DNA of 41,742 nucleotides, counting the filler, from an uncultured Candidatus Peribacteria bacterium (lineage in GTDB: Bacteria > Patescibacteriota > Gracilibacteria > RBG-16-42-10): the NCBI GenBank assembly GCA_964514565.1. It is 2 parts of 2 records of this genome, joined end to end, with 100 filler letters (N's around TTAATTAATTAA, not from the genome) between each part and the next. Parts side by side here need not be neighbours in the genome. Positions count along the whole stretch, not along the records: positions 27,144 to 41,742 come from CAZERA010000007.1; 1 more part is not named here. The stretch is one strand, 5' to 3'. This document shows positions 35,006-41,742 of this stretch, piece after piece. How positions within the stretch are numbered: the stretch's first letter is position 1; each line of letters opens with the position of its first letter. The translations under genes and the position numbers were made by a program. The notes under the pieces are model-generated. The model had not been told where the DNA came from, made no database searches, and saw only the letters and a list, made by a program, of their open reading frames with translations.

Positions 35006-37306
35006 TTATGAAAGTGATACAGCCAATTTTTCCTTGGTGTAACATTCAATAACATCATCTGGCAGGATACGGATATTACCGATCAACTTCATACCACATT
35101 GAGAACCTTGTTGTACTTCTTTGAGCTCTTCAGGACCTTCTTGAACGGTCTTGAGCTCCATCTCACCAACAACGTTTTCACCACGATAGACTTTGGCAAA
35201 TGAAGCACGAACGACCTTACCATGAGTCACATCACCACCTACTACTTGCTCCCCCTTACCATCAAAGAATACTTTGAGTACACGTAATTTTCCTTGTACA
35301 GTAACCCGAATCTCAGGCTCAAGCATAGTAAGTAATACCTTTTGGACTTCATCCAAGAGATGGTAGATGACATCAAAAGTAGTGATCTTCACTTTTTCAA
35401 TATCAGCTCCTTTTTGAATAGCAATCGGAGTCATGACGTTGAAGCCGAATACTGATCCTTTGCCAGCAGAGGCAATCATAATGTCTGAATTGGAGATATT
35501 TCCTAGGCCTGCATAGATAATCTTGACCACAATCTTTTCAGCAGGGAGACTAAGTAGCGCATTACGCAAAGCTTCAAGGGATCCCTTGGTATCAGCTTTG
35601 ATCACCACTTTGAGCTCTTTCACACCTTCTTTGACTGGAGCTTGAGAAATACCAGACAACAAATCGGATTGTTGTTCTCTAAATGATTTCTGTACCAAAC
35701 TACGCGCATCTTTTTTATTAGCAACGACACGGAGGATATCACCTACATGAGGTACCTTTGATAAACCAGTAATTTGCACTGGTTGTGACGGACCGGCTGA
35801 TTCAATTTTTTCGCCACGATCATTGACCAATGAACGAATCTTACCAAATACATCTCCAATCACAACATCATCACGCATATGCAATGTACCAGTATGTACC
35901 AATACAGTAGCAAGAGCACCATGATTCTGATCTAGGCGTGACTCAATGATAGTACCGACAGCAGTACGATTAGCATTGGCCTTGAGATCCTGCATATCAG
36001 CAACCAAAAGCACTAATTCCAACAAATCATCAATACCTTTTTTGGTCACAGCAGAAACTTCTGCACATACTGTGGAACCTCCCCACTCTTCTACGGCTAA
36101 GCCAATTTCAGCCAACTCAGCTTTGACGCGAGTAGGATTAGCACCGTCTTTATCAATCTTAGTAATTGCTACTACCACTGGTACACCAGCTGCCTTGGCA
36201 TGTTCATAAGCCTCGATTGTCTGTGGCTTCACACCGTCGTCAGCAGCTACAACCAAAATAGCAATGTCAGTAACTTGAGCTCCACGGGCACGCATAGCTG
36301 TGAAAGCTTGATGACCAGGAGTATCCAGAAAAGTAATCAGCTTGGTAGCACCATCACGGGTCTTCTTTTGAATTTGATAAGCACCAATTTTTTGAGTAAT
36401 ACCACCGGCCTCACCTTCCATCACTGCTGTACCACGAATGGCATCGAGCAGCTTTGTTTTGCCATGATCAACGTGTCCCATTACACTAATAACTGGTCCA
36501 CGAGGACTGAGATTTTCCTCCGCATCTTCTAATAAACTATTGAGCTGGACACTATCATCTACAACTTCAGCTGTATTTTTTTCTATAGCTTGAACACCAA
36601 ATTCTTGAGCAAGAATTTCCACAATATCAAAATCCAAACGTTGATTGATATTGGCCATAATGCCATTTTTGAACAACTCTGAGATGATCTGATTGACGCC
36701 AACTTTGAGTAACACAGCAAAATCTTTTACAGTAATAGAATGTGGCACCATGATCTTTGGTAGGCCACTATCTTTAGCGGGTTCAGTAGGCACAGCAACA
36801 GCTTCAGTCTCTGCTGCCTTTGGTGTTTCTGCTACCACAGGTTTTGCAGCCACTGGCGGCTGGGCTTTCGCAATGACTGGAGCAGGTGCTTTAGCTACTT
36901 CCTTTACTGGTGGTTTCTCTACTACTTTTGCTGCAGGTACAACCTTTTCTACTTCTTTTTGAGGTGCGACCTTGGCCACAACAGGAGCTTTTGCCACTGG
37001 AGCACTAACCTTTTTCTTGGGAGCAGCTACTTTCTTTTCTTTAGCAACTGGCTTTGGTTCAGGTTTCTTTTCTTCAACCTTGACTGGCTCAATTTTCTTG
37101 GCAGATTTCTTGCGAGTAGGAATAATCTGAATCCGACTATCGATTGTTTGAGGAGAAGCATACTTCTCCTTCAACGCTTTGTAGACTTTTTCATCTACTG
37201 TATACGATCTACGATCAAGCACTAGGCCCAAACTAGCCACATCAGCACGAAGCTTTCGCTCAGGGACACCGAATTCTTCCAGGACTGTAGCTAGTTTATG
37301 TTCCAT
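35006..37306 (-). CDS. infB: translation initiation factor IF-2
   Basis: GHVDHGKT, EAGGITQ, DTPGH, TKID; K/P/A-rich N-terminal linker. Confidence 0.98.
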   Translation of the reverse strand: MEHKLATVLEEFGVPERKLRADVASLGLVLDRRSYTVDEKVYKALKEKYASPQTIDSRIQIIPTRKKSAKKIEPVKVEEKKPEPKPVAKEKKVAAPKKKVSAPVAKAPVVAKVAPQKEVEKVVPAAKVVEKPPVKEVAKAPAPVIAKAQPPVAAKPVVAETPKAAETEAVAVPTEPAKDSGLPKIMVPHSITVKDFAVLLKVGVNQIISELFKNGIMANINQRLDFDIVEILAQEFGVQAIEKNTAEVVDDSVQLNSLLEDAEENLSPRGPVISVMGHVDHGKTKLLDAIRGTAVMEGEAGGITQKIGAYQIQKKTRDGATKLITFLDTPGHQAFTAMRARGAQVTDIAILVVAADDGVKPQTIEAYEHAKAAGVPVVVAITKIDKDGANPTRVKAELAEIGLAVEEWGGSTVCAEVSAVTKKGIDDLLELVLLVADMQDLKANANRTAVGTIIESRLDQNHGALATVLVHTGTLHMRDDVVIGDVFGKIRSLVNDRGEKIESAGPSQPVQITGLSKVPHVGDILRVVANKKDARSLVQKSFREQQSDLLSGISQAPVKEGVKELKVVIKADTKGSLEALRNALLSLPAEKIVVKIIYAGLGNISNSDIMIASAGKGSVFGFNVMTPIAIQKGADIEKVKITTFDVIYHLLDEVQKVLLTMLEPEIRVTVQGKLRVLKVFFDGKGEQVVGGDVTHGKVVRASFAKVYRGENVVGEMELKTVQEGPEELKEVQQGSQCGMKLIGNIRILPDDVIECYTKEKLAVSLS

Positions 37307-37326
37307 AGTGACTTTAAACGGATAAA

Positions 37327-38538
37327 TTATTCTTCAGATTTTGCTGATTTCTTTTTAGGTTTCTCACTTGCTTCTTCTTTTGTCTCTTTGCTTGCCTTAT
37401 CAGCTTTTGCTGGTTCTTGGAGAGCCTTGATACTGAGCCCCAAACGACGATCGTCTTGTTCGACAGAGATCACTTGTGCCTCCATCATCTGACCTTCTTT
37501 AGCGATATTATCTGGATCCTCGATTCGACCATCAGGAGAAATCTCAGAAATGTGAACGAGACCTTCGATCTCATCATCAAGCTTCAAGAAAATACCAAAT
37601 GGGCTAACGCGAGCGACACTACCTTTGACCTTGCTACCAATTGGATAACGTTCAGCAGCCTTGAGCCAAGGATCATCAGTGAGACGTTTGAGACTGAATG
37701 AAATCTTCTCATCCTCTACACCGATCACCATTACCTTGACCTTTTCACCCACCTTGGCATGCTGAGTAGGATCAGCTACATGGCCCCAAGCGATCTCAGA
37801 GATATGCACTAGACCTTCAACACCTTCAAAGTTTACGAAGATACCGAAGTGAACGATACCGCTAACAGTACCATCGATAGTTTGGCCTACCTTGAGTTTT
37901 TGAATTACTTTATTGCGTTGAGAAGCATATGCTGCTTTCTCTGACAAAATAAGACGACGTTCTGGCACATTGACATTGATCACTTTCACATTGAGTTTTT
38001 GTCCTACAAGTGATTGTAATTTGCCCAAGATTTTCTCTGGATCAGCACCGCTAACACGAGGATAATGCTCAGGAGTGAGTTGAGATACTGGAATAAATCC
38101 ACGAATACCATCAATCTCCATAAGCAGACCACCTTTGTTTGCTTCCATCACCACCACTTCAATAATCTTGCCATCTTGGTAATCCTTGATAAAGCGATTC
38201 CAAGTATTTTCTTGACTAGCACGACGAAGTGAAAGTTGTAATTGGCCCTCGGCATTTTCATCACCGATTACCACTACCTTAACCAAATCACCCACCTGAA
38301 CAGTTTTCATTGTACCAGCACTGTCCATCATTTCAGAACCACTCACAACACCACTCACCGTACCGAGGTCGATAACCAAAGCATGCTTACTAATATTTAC
38401 AACGCTACCCTCTACTACGTCACCTTTATTGAAGGTAGTAATAGGAGAGTTGTCGTGTTTGAGTAACTCGTCCATTGAGACGATTTCAGTAATAAAAAGA
38501 GGAGCCTTGCTAGATTGAATATTTTTTAGATCAGTCAT
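37327..38538 (-). CDS. rpsA: 30S ribosomal protein S1 (four S1 domains)
   Basis: Repeated S1 motifs: 'NKGGLL...GFIPVSQ' and 'FGIFV...EGLVHISEI' (x2). Confidence 0.93.
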   Translation of the reverse strand: MTDLKNIQSSKAPLFITEIVSMDELLKHDNSPITTFNKGDVVEGSVVNISKHALVIDLGTVSGVVSGSEMMDSAGTMKTVQVGDLVKVVVIGDENAEGQLQLSLRRASQENTWNRFIKDYQDGKIIEVVVMEANKGGLLMEIDGIRGFIPVSQLTPEHYPRVSGADPEKILGKLQSLVGQKLNVKVINVNVPERRLILSEKAAYASQRNKVIQKLKVGQTIDGTVSGIVHFGIFVNFEGVEGLVHISEIAWGHVADPTQHAKVGEKVKVMVIGVEDEKISFSLKRLTDDPWLKAAERYPIGSKVKGSVARVSPFGIFLKLDDEIEGLVHISEISPDGRIEDPDNIAKEGQMMEAQVISVEQDDRRLGLSIKALQEPAKADKASKETKEEASEKPKKKSAKSEE

Positions 38539-38650
38539 AAGACAGGAAAGCGCTTACATTAACGAAGCGCACCAAATTGTTAATAGTAAATTGGCCTGTG
38601 AAGCCGAAAACAAGATACGCTAGACCACCTTGAAAAACAAGAGCAAAATT

Positions 38651-38671
38651 AGATCAGAGATCAGAGATTTT
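38651..38671 (+). repeat. GATCAGA heptamer repeat
   Basis: AGATCAGAGATCAGAGATTTT adjacent to the rsmI stop. Confidence 0.75.
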
Positions 38672-38674
38672 AGT

Positions 38675-39361
38675 TTAATCCTCGTGTCCGTGGGTAGGAT
38701 AATTACCTGCTATCACTACTACGTATTCCCCTTTCCATTCGCGCTCAGCGTGTTTGGTGTAGAGATCGGATGCTGTGCCGTAGATATACTCTTCGTAGAG
38801 TTTACTAAGTTCCTTGGCTATACAGACTTTTCGTTCGCCAGCACCTAGATCAACCAATTCTCTTAGCAGTTTGCTCATGCGGTAGGGTGACTCGTACACT
38901 ACCACTGGGAACGGGAGCAACAATAAAGATGTGAGCAGTTTTTGACGACCTTTCTTGAGTGGTAAAAAACCGCCAAAATAAAAGTCCTTACTGATGAGAC
39001 CACTAGCTACTGCGGCAGGAAGTACAGCACTAGCACCTGGTAGGACGGTGAATTTAATATTGGCTTCAAGAGCAGCTTGAATCAATTCATGCCCCGGATC
39101 AGAAATACCCGGCGTGCCAGCATCAGAAAGATAGACAATCGTACGGCCAGATTGGAGGTTGGCGATTACTTTTTGAATACTGGACTCGAGACTGTGCTGA
39201 TTGATCTGCCAGACTGGTTTACTAATCTGATAGTGCTTGAGCAAAATCTGACTATGACGAGGATTTTCACATACTAGTATATCAGCTTCACGCAAAGCTT
39301 CTAAAGCTCGTAGTGTGATATCGGAGAGATTGCCGATGGGAGTGGGGACGAAGTAGAGCAT
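38675..39361 (-). CDS. rsmI: 16S rRNA C1402 2'-O-methyltransferase
   Basis: LYFVPTPIGNLSDIT.RA, SDAGTPGISDPG, YESPYR, KELSKLYEE, KGE. Confidence 0.96.
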   Translation of the reverse strand: MLYFVPTPIGNLSDITLRALEALREADILVCENPRHSQILLKHYQISKPVWQINQHSLESSIQKVIANLQSGRTIVYLSDAGTPGISDPGHELIQAALEANIKFTVLPGASAVLPAAVASGLISKDFYFGGFLPLKKGRQKLLTSLLLLPFPVVVYESPYRMSKLLRELVDLGAGERKVCIAKELSKLYEEYIYGTASDLYTKHAEREWKGEYVVVIAGNYPTHGHED

Positions 39362-39370
39362 TTGGTAATT

Positions 39371-39408
39371 AGATCAGAGTCCCGCAGGCGCGGGAGAGGG
39401 CAGAGGTT
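39371..39408 (+). repeat. heptamer tract interrupted by a REP-like palindrome
   Basis: GATCAGA G-TCCCGC-aggc-GCGGGA-GA GGGCAGA GG; the same TCCCGC-N4-GCGGGA occurs at 30665-30680. Confidence 0.7.
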
Positions 39409-39963
39409 TTATTTTGTGATTGTTTGGGTTTTTCTTTGGGTGATTTTGGGGGGGACTACGTAGAGGACATCAATTGAAGGTTGGGGGCGGAGGTTGAGGG
39501 CTAGAAGTGAGGCTATTTGTTTTGGTTCGAACCATATTTGTTGTTGTTCGGGATTGATGATTGTTTTTTCTGGGACTACCTCAGTGGCAATTACTGCTCC
39601 CCCTTTTAGTTGAAAGAAGCGCTTCTCGTCGAAGGTAATGGCTAACTGGTCTAGTGATAGTGCGTTAAAAAGCGCAAAAAACTGCAAAGAGTTTAGAGCT
39701 TGAATAGGAATCCCTTTTGCATAAGCGATCGTATTTACCCAGGTAGCACCTACTCTCAAAGCAGTAAATGAGCCAGGTCCCTGAACAAAGATAATTTGTT
39801 GTGGTTGAGTATATTGATCGAGCTCAGGTAATACCTTCATTAAAAAGCTTAGAGTCTCTCTCGCTGTTTCTTGTTTCCAATCAGCCAGAATCTGGCTGGT
39901 CTCGCTATCGAACAAAACTACTTGATGGTAATTGCAGGCTGTCTGTACCAAAAGGTTGATCAT
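39409..39963 (-). CDS. tsaB: tRNA t6A biosynthesis protein TsaB (short form)
   Basis: GPGSFTALRVG...N..AY motif. Confidence 0.85.
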   Translation of the reverse strand: MINLLVQTACNYHQVVLFDSETSQILADWKQETARETLSFLMKVLPELDQYTQPQQIIFVQGPGSFTALRVGATWVNTIAYAKGIPIQALNSLQFFALFNALSLDQLAITFDEKRFFQLKGGAVIATEVVPEKTIINPEQQQIWFEPKQIASLLALNLRPQPSIDVLYVVPPKITQRKTQTITK

Positions 39964-39964
39964 A

Positions 39965-41137
39965 TTATTCAGGCATTGTTAACTGCCACAGATATTTTTT
40001 GGCCATAAACTTTCTGGTCATAGACATCATACTATTGAAATAGACTATATCGCCCCAGAGACCAATACTAAGCTGATCACTGACTGGCAAAAACTCTAAA
40101 GTTTGTTTGGGGACATAGGCTTGCTTATTACGCCCACGAATCTCGGCGACTACATTGTTAGCAGCTAATTGGGCTTGAGTCTCAGCAATAGGGAAAGAAT
40201 GCCATGTCCGTTCTTTTTTATGCCAATCATAGTGATTGACCACACTACCACAGGCGTAGACATTGAATAAATTCTCGATTTGCAAATAGTTATTTACTTT
40301 TATTCCGCCAAATTCATCAGATTCTAGTTTTGCATGCAAATAAGGCTCAGCCAAAGTAGCCAACCCAGCGGTCACAAAAGTGTGACAATCGATCACTGCT
40401 CCGTTACTCAAAATCAACTTGCCATTTTCCCAGCTCTTAATGCCAACATGCAACTGAATGTCGGCCATATGGTCACGAGCGTATTGCTCAACCATATCAC
40501 TCATTTTGAGGGGAAGGTCACCACCAAACTGTTTCTCAGCAGAGACATAGGTCAGGGTGATTTCATTGCGTCTAAACTCATACTTTTTGCGAAGAAACTC
40601 AGTATAATTGTAGAGCGCCAAGAGGGTACTGACACTCTGCCAATCCCTCCCCTCCACCACTACTGATAAAAATGGTTTACGAAGTAAAGATAGTTGGGAC
40701 TTTGCTGCTACAAATTGTTGATCAAGATGTTCCATCAATCGAGTCATCTCACTGGTACCAGCTTGTAAAAAAGATCCTGCTGCTGGAATGACACTTGGCA
40801 AGACACGATGTTCACCGCTAGCTAAAATCAGGTACTCGTAATTAACCACTCGGCCAGAAGCCAAATGCAGAGAGGTATTCTCTGGCTCGAATCGATCAAC
40901 TGTAGTAGCGAAAAAATCAATATGAAAGCGCTGACAATAAGCTTTGAGTGGAAAAACACAGTCAGTGAGCACTTTGTAACCACTCAATACATCAAAAAAA
41001 TATGGTTTATAAACAAAAGTAGGCTCAGGTGCAATCCAAATAATTTTGATTTCACTGGCGATTGGTGAACGCCGCAATGTCTCAATTGCGGTATAAGCAG
41101 CCACTCCCCCTCCGACGATAGCAATACGTGTAGTCAT
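39965..41137 (-). CDS. FAD-dependent oxidoreductase, NDH-2/SQR-like fold with degenerate second dinucleotide site
   Basis: IAIVGGGVAA, 'YEYLILASG', 'GGIKVNNYLQ...NVYACG', 'AETQAQLAANNV'. Confidence 0.75.
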   Translation of the reverse strand: MTTRIAIVGGGVAAYTAIETLRRSPIASEIKIIWIAPEPTFVYKPYFFDVLSGYKVLTDCVFPLKAYCQRFHIDFFATTVDRFEPENTSLHLASGRVVNYEYLILASGEHRVLPSVIPAAGSFLQAGTSEMTRLMEHLDQQFVAAKSQLSLLRKPFLSVVVEGRDWQSVSTLLALYNYTEFLRKKYEFRRNEITLTYVSAEKQFGGDLPLKMSDMVEQYARDHMADIQLHVGIKSWENGKLILSNGAVIDCHTFVTAGLATLAEPYLHAKLESDEFGGIKVNNYLQIENLFNVYACGSVVNHYDWHKKERTWHSFPIAETQAQLAANNVVAEIRGRNKQAYVPKQTLEFLPVSDQLSIGLWGDIVYFNSMMSMTRKFMAKKYLWQLTMPE

Positions 41138-41178
41138 AAGTCATTGACGAACCAACGTGGCCATAATACCTTAGAGCA

Positions 41179-41685
41179 GTGGAAGCGCAACCAACTCACT
41201 TTATGCTTTGGATCGACAAGCAAGTATTACAGCGTTTTAATGTTACACAGTACCCGCAAAGCAAGGCTTTCTTTACTATGACGGCTCATGTGTATTTTTT
41301 GGTAACCCTACTTTATTTGCTGCCAGCAGTCTACGCTTTTATGCTGCATGATTGGATGGCTATAGTAAGATTAACCTTGATCGGCGGTGGTGGTGCTGTA
41401 TTAGGAGCCATACTTAAAGCACTAGTAAAACGCCCAAGACCAAATAACTTGATTACTTATTTAGGAAAGGTCGACAGTTCATTTCCTAGCTCACATACGT
41501 TGATTGCAGTGGGACTAGCAATGATTGCAACTACTATCTTGCCTCAAGGCCATTTAGCTTTCTTTGTGATTGCCATCTTGGTAGGACTAGGGCGGATGTA
41601 TACCCAAATGCACTATCTGACCGACGTATTGGGTGGCGCAGTAATTGGCTCGATTTGTGCTGTACTTATTCTTTCGTTTGTCTAA
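41179..41685 (+). CDS. PAP2 family phosphatase
   Basis: K...KRPRP, SFPSSH and GR....HYLTDV motifs; multi-TM. Confidence 0.92.
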   Translation: MEAQPTHFMLWIDKQVLQRFNVTQYPQSKAFFTMTAHVYFLVTLLYLLPAVYAFMLHDWMAIVRLTLIGGGGAVLGAILKALVKRPRPNNLITYLGKVDSSFPSSHTLIAVGLAMIATTILPQGHLAFFVIAILVGLGRMYTQMHYLTDVLGGAVIGSICAVLILSFV

Positions 41686-41742
41686 TTTATGTTTGTACCT
41701 TGGCAAGATCAAAAATATATTCACGAGGTGATCCGCAAAGCA

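Noticed and set aside
1..41742. CRISPR array, or UGA=Gly recoding
   Set aside because: There are no regularly spaced 25-40 nt repeats or cas genes. Conserved genes are intact in code 11 with no in-frame TGA.

Overview
This window is bacterial chromosomal DNA, most likely from a Patescibacteria/CPR organism. That assignment is an inference from the CPR-type Cys-rich protein with a TrmB regulator, a T4SS-pilin-like protein, several SLH surface proteins and few Shine-Dalgarno motifs. An artificial 100-nt spacer (N44-TTAATTAATTAA-N44, 27044-27143) splits it into two pieces that are not necessarily adjacent. The left part is largely accessory. It holds ORFans, YfbM, two Nudix genes, gmk-like, uppP, a putative zinc-uptake cluster with a Fur-family regulator, a divergent TrmB/Cys-rich pair, three paralogous SdrD-B/SLH surface proteins, tRNA-Ile2, a four-helix-bundle gene and a transglutaminase-like protein. 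The right part is mostly housekeeping: tRNA-Cys/Arg/Leu, tig, def-fmt, rpsA-infB-rbfA, rsmI, tsaB, an NDH-2-like flavoprotein and a PAP2. Four observations stand out. (1) All three tRNAs with visible 3' trailers share a ~90-110 nt architecture ending in purine-rich hexamer repeats, and one of these leads directly into the four-helix-bundle gene. (2) A pervasive family of intergenic heptamer-repeat hairpins is present. (3) TGA is almost unused: 1 of 42 genes ends in TGA, and it never occurs in frame. (4) Three structured intergenic ncRNA candidates are present, two of which share a motif. I saw no CRISPR array, integrase, transposase or reverse transcriptase.
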